Source: Polyangiaceae bacterium (GTDB lineage: Bacteria > Myxococcota_A > Polyangia > Polyangiales > Polyangiaceae). Taken from it: a stretch of DNA of 64,000 bases. This document shows, in pieces, positions 38,182-47,999 of the stretch. The DNA lies in NCBI GenBank assembly GCA_965222375.1, contig CBDCTZ010000012.1:448001-512000 (forward strand), written 5' to 3'. How positions within the stretch are numbered: position 1 is the stretch's first letter; the number at the start of each line of letters is the position of its first letter. Below the pieces are notes generated by a model. That model had not been told where the DNA came from, ran no database searches, and worked only from the letters and a program-made list of their open reading frames with translations. The position numbers and the translations under genes were made by a program.

Positions 38182-40137
38182 GTGCCCCCCCTCGAGCAAT
38201 CCCCGGCCCCGCCGTGGGTCGCGGCTGAGCTGCCGCCGGAGACCGACGACCGCGCGGTTCCTCTGAGGCTGGCAGTCGCTCAGGGCAAGCTGGGTATCGA
38301 GCTGTACCGAGAGATGGTGCTCGACCCCTTGCAGGTCACTGAGCTGTCCTTGTCGCTTCCGGGCTTGAAGTTCCCCATTGATCTAGGCGGAGGCGTTCCC
38401 GCCTTTCGTCACCGTCGTGGCGAATTGCAGCGGCTCACTCTGGTGCTTTCCCCAGCGCGCCTAGCCCGTCACTTTGGACCTACGCTTCGGGAGTTCTTGG
38501 GCGCGTTGACCCAGTTGGAGCTTTGGTCACTTGAGGAAGGCATCGGGGTTGGCATGGTGGGGGATCAGGGTGCGCTGGCGTTCGAGCTGCTCTTTTGCCC
38601 CAGCCTGGGGGACACGCGCTTGGTGGTGAGCGATCCGCGGGCCGCGGGCTTGCCGGGCCCTGCCTTGGGCTTCGCACTGCGCGCTCTGGACACAGCTCTG
38701 GGGCGAGCATTTCGGCGCAGGGGGCGCATTGTGACTCTGGAGCGTGCGGCACATCACGTGGCCCGAGCTATCTTGCCAACGGTTGGCGCTCGGGTGCCCG
38801 CGGTCGCGGGCGTGCTCTTTGGTGGCCTTGAGGCTTACGGAGACGATTTGTCCGTGACGATGGACGCCAGCTTCGGTCCGCCCCCGATGCCGTCTCGAGC
38901 TGCACGTGCGCTCGAAGTTGCGTTGCTGGTCCAGGATGCTGATGACGCTGTGAGCCGCGGCGAGCTGGACAGCGCGCGAGAGAAGTACGTGGCCGCGCTG
39001 GAGCGCGCGCCTCGGCATCCAGAGCTGTCTCGCAGTGTTGCCGAGATTGACGCGCTGTCCGGCAGTCGAGCGGAAGCGGCGCTGGGGTTGTTGATGGAGG
39101 CGCTTCCAGTGACCCGCGCCGGCGCCTTTGTCGCTGACTTGTTGGCTGAGCGCGGGGATCGCGAGGCGGCAGCGGAGGCCCTATCCGAGTCCCTTCAGCA
39201 AGAGCGGTACGCTCCCCTAGCAGCCTTGTGCTGGACGCGCTTCGCGGAGCTTGCTGGCTCCGCCCGGGAGCGCTTGAGCGCATTGGACGAGGCCGTTGCC
39301 AGGGCGCCGGCGCTGGCGCGGGTGCGATGGGCACGGTTCTTCGAACGGGTGCGTCTATCCGACGTCGAACGGGCACTGGCGGACGCCCAGCACCTCGAAG
39401 CTTCAGCCCGGGGCCCTCACGGCCGCCACGCGGTTTGCGTGCGCGTGGCCGAGAGCTTCGCCGCGGCGGATCTGCGACGCGAAGCGGGCCGGTGGTACGA
39501 ACGCGCGTTGCGCTACGTGCCGGACGACCCCGCCGCGACTGCGGGGCTTGCCCGGGCACTGGCTCGCGCCGGAAAAAGCGATCGCGCCTACACGCTCTTC
39601 GAGCGAGCAGTTGCGACCAGTGAAGCCCGGGGTGAAGTTGACGGCGATGCCCTGACGGATTTGGCACTGCATCTGGCCCAGGTACTCGGTGACCTTCCCC
39701 AAGCGGTCGCCCGAATTCGGCTGGTGCCAGCGTCCTCTCCTCGTGCTTGCGAGGCACGCTACTTGGAAGCCAGCTGGCGAGCCGCTGTGGGTGACATTGC
39801 GGGTGCGTCTTTGGCTTATGCACGCATGCGCGACACGGTGGAACTGGGTGGCTTCAGGAACGCGCCGGCTCGGTACCTGATGGAGGCAGCCGAGCACGAG
39901 AGGTCCGTTCAGAAGGACCTGATCGCGGTCGAGCGGCATTTAGCGGTCGCGATGCGCGTTGCTCCGCGGGACGGAAGGGTCGCCGATGCGTATCGCGCGG
40001 TTGCGCGGGAGATCGCCGAGGCGTCCCGACACGAGCGCCTGGCCGGGGCTGCGTCGGATGCGCTTCCGCAGCAACAGAGCGACGACTCTGCTGCTGATGG
40101 CGACACGGGTTCAGGCGCCGGCGGCGACGGCGCCTAG
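38182..40137 (+). CDS. Hypothetical TPR-repeat protein
   Basis: Long ORF; TPR-like helices ([35 protein letters not shown]). Confidence 0.7.
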   Translation: MPPLEQSPAPPWVAAELPPETDDRAVPLRLAVAQGKLGIELYREMVLDPLQVTELSLSLPGLKFPIDLGGGVPAFRHRRGELQRLTLVLSPARLARHFGPTLREFLGALTQLELWSLEEGIGVGMVGDQGALAFELLFCPSLGDTRLVVSDPRAAGLPGPALGFALRALDTALGRAFRRRGRIVTLERAAHHVARAILPTVGARVPAVAGVLFGGLEAYGDDLSVTMDASFGPPPMPSRAARALEVALLVQDADDAVSRGELDSAREKYVAALERAPRHPELSRSVAEIDALSGSRAEAALGLLMEALPVTRAGAFVADLLAERGDREAAAEALSESLQQERYAPLAALCWTRFAELAGSARERLSALDEAVARAPALARVRWARFFERVRLSDVERALADAQHLEASARGPHGRHAVCVRVAESFAAADLRREAGRWYERALRYVPDDPAATAGLARALARAGKSDRAYTLFERAVATSEARGEVDGDALTDLALHLAQVLGDLPQAVARIRLVPASSPRACEARYLEASWRAAVGDIAGASLAYARMRDTVELGGFRNAPARYLMEAAEHERSVQKDLIAVERHLAVAMRVAPRDGRVADAYRAVAREIAEASRHERLAGAASDALPQQQSDDSAADGDTGSGAGGDGA

Positions 40138-41343
40138 AACGCCGTCGGCCGGGGCTGCGTCTTCGACGAATTCGCGGTGGAGATCCTGTGCGAAGGCGTC
40201 GGCAGTGTCTGCGGCCACGATAAAGCTCTGGCGGAGGGGATGAGTGAACACCGGGCTTGGCTGTTCGATCGTGGACAGGGCCGCGGCCACGCGTTCGGGA
40301 TCCGCGCCGGACTCGACGCCGACGAGACTCACGACCGCGCGGTCTCCCCGAGTCTGAACGAAGCCCGCCTGTCGCAGTGCTTCCACGGCATCACCCCCAT
40401 GGGGCACGCCGACCAGTGGCCACCATGCTGCCGCGCGATCTGCCACGACAGACAAGTCGCCGAGGGGTAGCTTCAGGTCTTGAGCCACAGCGAGCAGACG
40501 CGGCACTTCTGACGCCACCGACTCGACGACGAGTATCGGCCGCGCGACGACCACGGCCAGCAGAAGCCCCGCTGAGCCACTGGTGGAGATTAGCGTCTGG
40601 CGACCTCCGCCACCTAAGGCGTCTCCGGTTCGACGTGCGGCGATGGTGATCTTGTTGCGCCGCGCCCACTCGACCGCTTGAGCGTTCAGCACCTTGGCGC
40701 CAGCCTCTGCCATCTCCTGCATGGTTTCGTAGTCCACCTCGGGCAGATGGTTGGCGTTTTCGATACCTCGCGGGTCCGCGCTGAACACGCCGTCCACGTC
40801 GCTGTAGATTTCGCAGCGCTCTGCGTCGAGGGCGGCTGCGAGTGCGACGGCGGTCGTATCCGAACCGCCCCGGCCTAGTGTGGTGATTTCGCGCTTGTAG
40901 CTCATGCCTTGATAGCCCGCGACGATCACGATCTTGCCGCGCGCCAGTTCGTCTTCAATGCGATGCGGTCGCACTTCTATGATGCGTGCGTCGAAGTGAC
41001 GGTCCGTGGTGATGATCCCAGATTGCGAGCCCGTGAAGCTGACTGCGTCGAAGCCTCGAGCTTGGATCGCGATCGAAAGCAGCGCCATGCTCACGCGCTC
41101 TCCGGTGCTGACCAACATGTCCAACTCCCGTTTGGGCGCCTCCTGGGCGTGGTCATCGGCGGACAAGCGCGCGGCCTCAGCTGCCAACCCAAGCAGGTTG
41201 TCCGTTGCCTTGCCCATGGCACTCACGACAACGACGACGTCATGCCCCGCCTTCTTGGTGGCGACGATCTGATCAGCGACGCGCCTGACTTTGTCGATGT
41301 CCGCGACGCTCGACCCTCCGTACTTCTGAACGATGACCGGCAT
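40111..41343 (-). CDS. lysC: Aspartate kinase
   Basis: [56 protein letters not shown]. Confidence 0.93.
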   Translation of the reverse strand: MPVIVQKYGGSSVADIDKVRRVADQIVATKKAGHDVVVVVSAMGKATDNLLGLAAEAARLSADDHAQEAPKRELDMLVSTGERVSMALLSIAIQARGFDAVSFTGSQSGIITTDRHFDARIIEVRPHRIEDELARGKIVIVAGYQGMSYKREITTLGRGGSDTTAVALAAALDAERCEIYSDVDGVFSADPRGIENANHLPEVDYETMQEMAEAGAKVLNAQAVEWARRNKITIAARRTGDALGGGGRQTLISTSGSAGLLLAVVVARPILVVESVASEVPRLLAVAQDLKLPLGDLSVVADRAAAWWPLVGVPHGGDAVEALRQAGFVQTRGDRAVVSLVGVESGADPERVAAALSTIEQPSPVFTHPLRQSFIVAADTADAFAQDLHREFVEDAAPADGVLGAVAAGA

Positions 41344-41430
41344 GGATCTGCCGGTAACACGCTTGCGCGTGGCGGGCCAAGTCTGCGCCAGCCCGGGCCT
41401 CAGAGGCTGGAACCCTCCATCCGCCAAGGC

Positions 41431-42801
41431 TCAGGCTGTCCCTAGCTCGGCGACAAAAAGCCCTGCGCTCGATGCGATCCAGAGTCGCCCGTCGTGCTCG
41501 GCCCGGGCGATGCCCGTCACTGCTTCGCCCCGGCGGCCCTCCAGCTCGAGAATCGTGGAACAGTTGCCGTCGGCCAACTCCGCTGCAAGCACGCAGGGGT
41601 CGTGAAATGCCGTGCCTGTCACGCCAATCCAGAGAGTCGAGTCGTCGAGCATCACGCTGCTCACGCCATGACTGCCGACGATGCGCTGGAAGCTTCTACA
41701 TTCATCCCTCGAAAGGAAGACGCCGAGTGCCGGCGTGGCCACCACGGCGATTTGGCCACGGTGGGCGACCAGAAGGCTCTCACTGGCCTCCCTGCGTGCC
41801 ATGGCTGCGGGCAAGGGCAGCCGGGCGGCCATGTAGGGGAAGATTAACTCTTCGGAATCACAGGCGAGGCTGCCCGAGGAAGCCACAGCGTGAACAGGTC
41901 GTGGATTGTCGCAACTCACGAAACTGGCGCCGCCGTCCTGGCTCGTCACCAACTGGCCATTGTCGAGCAGGAGCGCAACTCTATCGGCTTCTGTGCCAGC
42001 TTGCACGACGTAGGAGCGCTCGCCCACGACATCGCGATGCAGAGTCTCGAGTTCGTCGAGGTGACCGTCCGGCCGCGCTCGGAAGAGCTTGCCCGTCACA
42101 GTCGCGACGAGGACGGAGTCGTCCGCTGCAGCTAGCACTGTGGCGCGCGCTGGAAGTGTCACTCGTCGCGGTGTGGAGCCAGCACGGTGAAAAGCCAGGC
42201 AGGGTCCCAAGGCGGCAATGCCCATTCCGATCGACACGACCTGGGTGTGCTCTTCCCAGTCTACCTCGCGTACCTGCCAAGGGTTGGCAGCCGCAGGAGG
42301 GCGTTCATCGTCGACGATATCGAGGTCCCCGAACTCGTCGTCGTCGAAGTCACCCTCCGAATCTGCGTCGAGACCGGGGAGCTCGTCGTCCACCAGGTCT
42401 TCCAGAGGCTCCTCGAGCCCTTCTTCCGCCTCTGCCCCAAGGGGTTCGAGATCCGGCTCCTGAACGCCCTCGGACTCGTCGAAATCTGGCAATCCTACGC
42501 TGTCGTCGGATGGGTCGGCGTCTTCCGTGTCCGTCAGCAGCTGGCCGATGTCGAGCACGAGTTCTGTCGACGCCTCTGCCGGGCCGTCGCCGTCGAGCTG
42601 GGATAGGTCGATGCCAACGTCGAGTTCGTCCGCGCCCCACTCCTCGGATTCATCGCCCTCGAGGGCAGAAAGCTCGTCCAATTCGGGGGCAACGTCTTCC
42701 CGGGGGCCTTCGACGTCGCCGTCGTCGTCGTAGTCCAGGGGCGGGAGCTTGGGCAACGGCTCCTCTTCCGGTTCGCCAGTGGCACGGACCATAGATGACA
42801 T
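41431..42801 (-). CDS. Hypothetical protein: acidic low-complexity N-terminus plus BNR/beta-propeller-like C-terminus
   Basis: D/E-rich first ~180 aa; Asp-box-like TSQDGGASF and SRDECRSF; LWIASSAGLF. Confidence 0.65.
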   Translation of the reverse strand: MSSMVRATGEPEEEPLPKLPPLDYDDDGDVEGPREDVAPELDELSALEGDESEEWGADELDVGIDLSQLDGDGPAEASTELVLDIGQLLTDTEDADPSDDSVGLPDFDESEGVQEPDLEPLGAEAEEGLEEPLEDLVDDELPGLDADSEGDFDDDEFGDLDIVDDERPPAAANPWQVREVDWEEHTQVVSIGMGIAALGPCLAFHRAGSTPRRVTLPARATVLAAADDSVLVATVTGKLFRARPDGHLDELETLHRDVVGERSYVVQAGTEADRVALLLDNGQLVTSQDGGASFVSCDNPRPVHAVASSGSLACDSEELIFPYMAARLPLPAAMARREASESLLVAHRGQIAVVATPALGVFLSRDECRSFQRIVGSHGVSSVMLDDSTLWIGVTGTAFHDPCVLAAELADGNCSTILELEGRRGEAVTGIARAEHDGRLWIASSAGLFVAELGTA

Positions 42802-42893
42802 TTCACACTACCTCCGACCCAGTGGGAAGACCCCGTCCTGTCGGGCGCTCACATTTCACGGCGATCTCGTCGCATCGCGCCGCAAGCAGCGCT

Positions 42894-43148
42894 ATGTCAC
42901 GATTCGTGGCGGCTGAACCCCTCGTTGGCGACGAATTCTGCACGCGTAGCATGAAGGTGCGAGCTCGCGACGTCGTATACGTGAAAGGCATATTCGAAGC
43001 CAGCGAAGGCCTCGGTGCGCTTTTTTCCCAGTCTGGCGGCGACTTGATCATTGCAGTGCACTCCAGCCGGCTTTCTGAACTAGATGAGTTGCTGTCCGAC
43101 CTAGCGACGGAAATCGGCGCGATCATTGAGACCGACGCATCGGGTTGA
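42894..43148 (+). CDS. DUF4911-like small protein
   Basis: VRARDVVYVKGIFEASEGLG resembles the DUF4911 pattern; ATG 42894. Confidence 0.6.
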   Translation: MSRFVAAEPLVGDEFCTRSMKVRARDVVYVKGIFEASEGLGALFSQSGGDLIIAVHSSRLSELDELLSDLATEIGAIIETDASG

Positions 43149-43231
43149 CAGCGTCGGCAGGAAGAGCCAAAGGTGGGCGCTCCGCTCTTGCGTGTGCGCG
43201 CACGGCAAAGCAATGTTTAAGATGGTGTGTC

Positions 43232-43918
43232 ATGGCCCGTGTGCCGCCTGAGCTCATTGCGGACAAACCCGCTGATCACACGCCGCTGCCCGCAGCGGAA
43301 GCGTCGCGAGCCGACGCGCGAGTCGTGTCAGCTTGGCGTGAGTGGCTCGGTGCACTCGCTACGGATGCCGAGGCGGCATTGGCGGCGTCGATGGCCTACA
43401 AAGCACTGGACGACGATGCCCGAGACGAGTGGCTCAGCGCCCTAGAGCAAGACGCGCCACGCCTCGGGGTTCCGCACATTGCAGTGTACGCGCCCCTGCT
43501 GGCGGTCGAGACAGACCAGTCGCGGCGCCGCCGCATCCTGGATGCCATCGGGCCGGACGATGAGCGTGCGGCGCCACGGGTGGTCCCCAGAGGGCTGGTG
43601 GGTCGTCGCTCGGATGGGGAGCATGTGGCTGCGGTCATCTGGCCGCTCTACCTGGACTTCGTCCAGGTGCTCGCTTGCGGATTTAGGAGGGAGCGCGGCT
43701 TCTCTTGGGTCCGACATGATCCGATTCTCCAAGACACGGCTGCGCCTCGCGGCGGCGATACCGTCCTGGGTGTGCAGCTCGATGTGGTGCCGCTAAAAAG
43801 CCTGATCGACGACTTGGCGATGGCCGTGCTGAGCCACGAACGCAGTGGCAAGGTCATTCCGGAAGCGTTGCGGCTTTTTGCGGACATTTTTGGCCCGCTG
43901 GAGCCTCTCGGCGCTTAA
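43232..43918 (+). CDS. Hypothetical protein
   Basis: ORF filling the gap between neighbours, with GC3-biased codons; no recognised motif. Confidence 0.6.
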   Translation: MARVPPELIADKPADHTPLPAAEASRADARVVSAWREWLGALATDAEAALAASMAYKALDDDARDEWLSALEQDAPRLGVPHIAVYAPLLAVETDQSRRRRILDAIGPDDERAAPRVVPRGLVGRRSDGEHVAAVIWPLYLDFVQVLACGFRRERGFSWVRHDPILQDTAAPRGGDTVLGVQLDVVPLKSLIDDLAMAVLSHERSGKVIPEALRLFADIFGPLEPLGA

Positions 43919-43927
43919 TCCGGATGC

Positions 43928-44467
43928 ATGACTCGGCTGCGTACGGCAGTAGTGGCTCTGGCGCTCGGCCTCATTGGCGGTTGCAGCAGTAGTGGGAGTG
44001 CGCGTTCGAGGCCGGATCACCCTCGGGGTACGTCGGGCGTTCAGTTCGTCTACGCGAGTGTGGATGGTGACGAGCTTTCCAGCGCGACGACCCGAGGTCG
44101 TGCCACAGCGGTTCTTTTCGTCACGACTTTCGATCTTGCGTCCCAACTCATGGCCCGGCGTCTCGACGGAATCGTGCGCCGGCACACACCGCGCGCCAAT
44201 GCAGCCGCTATCGTGCTCGAGCCCCCGAAGTACATCGTGATGGCTAGGGGGTTCCAGAGCGCTCTACAGCTCTCGTACCCGATTGCGATGGCGGACGAAT
44301 GGGAGCGCCGGGTCACACCCTTCGGCCATATCGATCGCGTGCCTACGTTGGTGGTGCTGGACCGCTCTGGCGTGGAAACGGAGCGCTTCCACGGTGTTGT
44401 GCCGGAGGCGAGAGTGGAGGCCGCCCTGGCGTCGGCGTCCAAACGCGGCTCGCCCTTTGCGCTGTGA
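43928..44467 (+). CDS. TlpA/thioredoxin-fold lipoprotein lacking CxxC
   Basis: Lipobox LIGG-C; RGRATAVLFVTTFDLASQ, YPIAMAD, RVPTLVVLDRSG. Confidence 0.7.
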   Translation: MTRLRTAVVALALGLIGGCSSSGSARSRPDHPRGTSGVQFVYASVDGDELSSATTRGRATAVLFVTTFDLASQLMARRLDGIVRRHTPRANAAAIVLEPPKYIVMARGFQSALQLSYPIAMADEWERRVTPFGHIDRVPTLVVLDRSGVETERFHGVVPEARVEAALASASKRGSPFAL

Positions 44468-44595
44468 CCCTCGGAATCCTATCCCTTGCGGGGCAGGGCA
44501 CTCCAGCATCTGCCGCATGGGTGCGGTGGGGTCGATGCCCGGCGCGGTCGAATTCTGACCGGAAGCCCTGGAACTGCTGCCGAGGGCGCTCGCGT

Positions 44596-44624
44596 TTGAC
44601 CACCGAGGGTTAGACGGGTATCAG
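44596..44624 (+). promoter_or_regulatory. Putative promoter of the argG leader
   Basis: TTGACC-N17-TATCAG, ending 9 nt before the uORF ATG; the -10 match is weak. Confidence 0.3.
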
Positions 44625-44633
44625 GCGGGCCGC

Positions 44634-44678
44634 ATGAGCGGTTTCGACGCGTACTGGAGGATCCGAGCCGCTGGCTAG
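44634..44678 (+). CDS. Candidate leader peptide of argG (14 aa)
   Basis: MSGFDAYWRIRAAG*; both Arg codons are rare types (AGG, CGA); ends 45 nt before argG. Confidence 0.45.
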   Translation: MSGFDAYWRIRAAG

Positions 44679-44723
44679 GCGAGTAGAGCCCTCCCGCCCC
44701 GTCATTCGCTCAAGGAGTGTTCC

Positions 44724-45944
44724 GTGAAATCCATCAAGAAGGTCGTACTTGCATACTCCGGGGGACTAGACACCAGCGTGATCCTCAAGTGGGTTAGGGA
44801 GAAGTACGGCTCGGAAGTCGTCGCTTGGTGTGCGGACGTGGGTCAAGCTGAGGAGCTGTCGGGGCTGGAAGAAAAAGCGACGGCAACCGGCGCCAGTAGC
44901 TACATACAGAAAGACCTGCGCGAGCGCTTCGTCAAGGACTTCGTCTACCCGGCAATGCGCGCCAATGCCCTGTATGAAGGCGAGTACCTGCTCGGAACTT
45001 CTCTGGCACGCCCCTGCATCATTCAGGGCATGATGGAAACAGCTCGCGAAGTCGGAGCAGACGCCATCGCGCATGGCGCCACGGGCAAGGGCAACGATCA
45101 AGTGCGTTTTGAGCTTGGGGCGATGCACTTCGACCCCAACGTTCAAGTCATCGCACCGTGGAGGGAGTGGGAATTCAAGGGCCGCTCAGATCTGATGGAG
45201 TATGCCAAGGCCCACGAGATCCCCGTGACAGCCAGCGTGGACAAGCCTTTCAGCATCGACCGCAATCTGCTGCACATGTCTTTCGAGGGTGGCGTGTTGG
45301 AGGACCCCTGGACGGAGCCACCAGCGGACATGTTCGTCATGACCAAGAATCCGGAAGATGCGCCCGCCGAGGGAGAAGTCATCGAGCTGGGGTTCGAGGC
45401 GGGCAATCCAGTGAGTCTCAATGGTCAGAGTTTCGCGCCAGTGGCTTTGCTCAGCCGCCTCAACGATCTCGCTGGAAAGCATGGCGTCGGGCGGGCCGAC
45501 TTGGTCGAGAGCCGCTTCGTTGGCATGAAGAGTCGCGGCGTCTACGAGACCCCGGGAGGCACTGTCCTGCACAAAGGCCACCGCGCTATCGAGTCGATCA
45601 CATTGGACCGGGAGCAGATCCGAATCCGTGACGCCCTCATTCCCGAATACGCCACGCTGGTGTATCGAGGACTTTGGTTTGCGCCTGAGCGTGTCATGCT
45701 GCAGCAAATGATGGACAGCATCCAGGACGTAGTCAGTGGCACGGTCCGGCTCAAGCTGTTCAAGGGCTCGGTGACGGTGCTCGGCCGGAAGAGCGACCAC
45801 TCATTGTATAGAGAAGAGTTCGTTACATTCGAAAAGGACGAGGTTTACGACCAGGCGGATGCCGGCGGCTTCATTCGATTGAACGGCTTGCGCTTGCGCC
45901 TCGAGGCACTGCGTCGCCAGAAACACGGCGAATCTTCCGAATGA
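44724..45944 (+). CDS. argG: Argininosuccinate synthase
   Basis: KVVLAYSGGLDTS, YLLGTSLARP, HGATGKGNDQVRFE, SRGVYETPGG; AAGGAG RBS. Confidence 0.98.
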   Translation: MKSIKKVVLAYSGGLDTSVILKWVREKYGSEVVAWCADVGQAEELSGLEEKATATGASSYIQKDLRERFVKDFVYPAMRANALYEGEYLLGTSLARPCIIQGMMETAREVGADAIAHGATGKGNDQVRFELGAMHFDPNVQVIAPWREWEFKGRSDLMEYAKAHEIPVTASVDKPFSIDRNLLHMSFEGGVLEDPWTEPPADMFVMTKNPEDAPAEGEVIELGFEAGNPVSLNGQSFAPVALLSRLNDLAGKHGVGRADLVESRFVGMKSRGVYETPGGTVLHKGHRAIESITLDREQIRIRDALIPEYATLVYRGLWFAPERVMLQQMMDSIQDVVSGTVRLKLFKGSVTVLGRKSDHSLYREEFVTFEKDEVYDQADAGGFIRLNGLRLRLEALRRQKHGESSE

Positions 45945-45960
45945 CGCGGGCGGGTCGGCT

Positions 45961-46671
45961 CTGAGCACGGTCTACCTGGTTCGTCACGCCCAGGCATCGT
46001 TCCTGTCGGCGAACTACGACCAGTTGAGCGACCATGGTCGTGGTCAGGCCCGCGCGCTGGGTCGTGCCTGGCTTGGCCGGGGCCTTCGTCTCGACCGTGT
46101 GCTCTCTGGCCCGCGGGTGCGCCAGCGGGACACCGCCGAGGAGGTCGCGGGGGTCTACGCGAAGGAGAGTCAGCTCGTTGCGGAGGTGGAGGTCCTGTCA
46201 GAGTTCGACGAGTATCCCGCGGAGGAGGTTTTGGCCGGGTTCGCGCCGGAGATGCAGCGGCAGGCCGAACTCGCGCAGCTTTTCATCGACGCCCAGCAAG
46301 TCGAGGACAAGCGTGTGCGCGGGCGGGCCTTTGATCGCCTGCTGCGACACGCCCTGACCGTCTGGGCGGGCGGACGGACTCCCGATGGAGTGATCAGTCA
46401 CGCAGAGTTCGAAACGCGCGCAGCCAACGCCTTCGAGTCTCTGCTCGAGTCTGAGACCTCGGGGCGCAACCTCGCGATATTCAGCTCCGCAGGTACGATC
46501 GGCGCCGTCGCGGGGCACGTGTTGGGAACGGACGCGACGCGGCGACTCGAACTCGGCTGGGCCCTCAACAACGCGAGCGTTACTGAAATTGCCTTCTCGG
46601 GCTCACGCGTGGGCGTCATGCGTTTCAATGACGTCGGACATCTCGAGCCAAGCGCCTGGACCCGGCGCTAG
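45961..46671 (+). CDS. Histidine phosphatase family protein, probable CTG start
   Basis: (M)STVYLVRHAQASF...YDQLS..G..QA, SGPRVRQRDTA, LNNASVT, FNDVGHL; the RH motif lies upstream of the track start 46024 and no in-frame ATG/GTG/TTG precedes it. Confidence 0.8.
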   Translation: MSTVYLVRHAQASFLSANYDQLSDHGRGQARALGRAWLGRGLRLDRVLSGPRVRQRDTAEEVAGVYAKESQLVAEVEVLSEFDEYPAEEVLAGFAPEMQRQAELAQLFIDAQQVEDKRVRGRAFDRLLRHALTVWAGGRTPDGVISHAEFETRAANAFESLLESETSGRNLAIFSSAGTIGAVAGHVLGTDATRRLELGWALNNASVTEIAFSGSRVGVMRFNDVGHLEPSAWTRR

Positions 46672-46774
46672 CCGGGCAGCGCATCTCGGGACGGCAGGCC
46701 TCTTTCCACCGAGGATCCCAGCGAGTTGTTGGGTTGCGTGGATCCGCCGCCAGCAGAGGTGTAAAAGCAGCACC

Positions 46775-47992
46775 ATGTTCTCCTTCGAACGCAACGAGAA
46801 GATTGACGACCTGCTGGGTCGCGTGTCGAAAGCGATGCAAGATGTCGTGCTGCCCTTGGAATCGAAATTGGCGGGTCGCCCTTTTGCCGATTGTGGCGAA
46901 GAGCTCGCGGACGCGCGTAAGAAGATCCAAGCGGCGGGGCTGTGGGCGCCCCAGGTGCCCACGGAGTACGGCGGCCTGGGGCTCACCTTCCGTGAACATG
47001 GCCTTGTCAGTGAGGTGTTGGGGCGAAGCCCGTTGGGACACTACACCTTCGGTTGCCAGGCGCCCGACGCGGGCAACATGGAGATCCTGCACATGTTTGG
47101 TACCGACGCTCAGAAAGAGCAGTACCTGGCGCCGCTCGCCCGCGGTGACATCCGTAGTTGCTTTTCCATGACAGAACCTGAAAACGCGGGTTCGAACCCG
47201 GCGTGGCTTTCCACGACGGCAAAGCGAGATGGCGACAGCTATGTGATCAACGGCCGCAAGTGGTTCACTTCGTCGGCGGACGGCGCGTCCTTCGCGATTG
47301 TCATGGCCGTCACCAATGCAGAGGCGTCTCGATACGCCCGGGCAAGCATGATCATCGTCCCCGTTGACACACCTGGGTTCCGGCAGGTTCGCCGCATCTC
47401 GGTGATGGGCGAGGAAGGCTCGGGTTGGGCTAGTCACTCGGAAATCGCGTACGAAAATTGTCGAGTGCCCGTGGGCAACCGCTTGGGGGAAGAGGGCGCC
47501 GGCTTCATGATCGCTCAGGAGCGTTTGGGGCCAGGCAGAATCCATCACTGCATGCGATGGATCGGCATCTGCGAGCGCTCCTTCGAGTTGATGTGTCAGC
47601 AAGCGGTGAGCCGGGAAGTCGCTCCCGGCAAGCCCCTAGGGACGAGACAAATGGTTCAGCAGTGGATTGCGGAAAGTCGAGCGGAAATCGACGCCGCGCG
47701 GCTGCTGGTTCAACATGCGGCCTGGAAGATCGACACCGTTGGAAACTACGATGCGCGCATCGAGGTCAGCTGCATCAAGTTCCACGTTGCGGCAGTGCTG
47801 CAGCGTGTGGTCGACCGTGCGATTCAAGCCCACGGCGCGTTGGGCGTCACCGATGACATCCCCCTAGCTTCGTTCTATCGCCACGAGCGAGGCGCCCGGA
47901 TCTACGACGGCCCGGACGAAGTTCACAAGTCCGTCGTGGCGCGCAGGATCCTGAAGCAGTTCGGGCTCGAGATCGGCGCTCAAGCTGGCTGA
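46775..47992 (+). CDS. Acyl-CoA dehydrogenase (ACAD10/11, LvaC-like)
   Basis: CQAPDAGNMEIL, SCFSMTEP, INGRKWFTS, AQERLGPGRIHHCMR, RIYDGPDEVH. Confidence 0.93.
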   Translation: MFSFERNEKIDDLLGRVSKAMQDVVLPLESKLAGRPFADCGEELADARKKIQAAGLWAPQVPTEYGGLGLTFREHGLVSEVLGRSPLGHYTFGCQAPDAGNMEILHMFGTDAQKEQYLAPLARGDIRSCFSMTEPENAGSNPAWLSTTAKRDGDSYVINGRKWFTSSADGASFAIVMAVTNAEASRYARASMIIVPVDTPGFRQVRRISVMGEEGSGWASHSEIAYENCRVPVGNRLGEEGAGFMIAQERLGPGRIHHCMRWIGICERSFELMCQQAVSREVAPGKPLGTRQMVQQWIAESRAEIDAARLLVQHAAWKIDTVGNYDARIEVSCIKFHVAAVLQRVVDRAIQAHGALGVTDDIPLASFYRHERGARIYDGPDEVHKSVVARRILKQFGLEIGAQAG

Positions 47993-47999
47993 GCGGTTG

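Noticed and set aside
41472..42794. 440-aa plus-strand ORF
   Set aside because: Arg-rich antisense shadow of the minus-strand gene; typical of high-GC DNA
44467..44611. Long-range inverted repeat ACCCTCGG...CCGAGGGT as a riboswitch or ncRNA
   Set aside because: Only 8 bp in GC-rich DNA, mostly upstream of the putative promoter, with no recognisable aptamer motif
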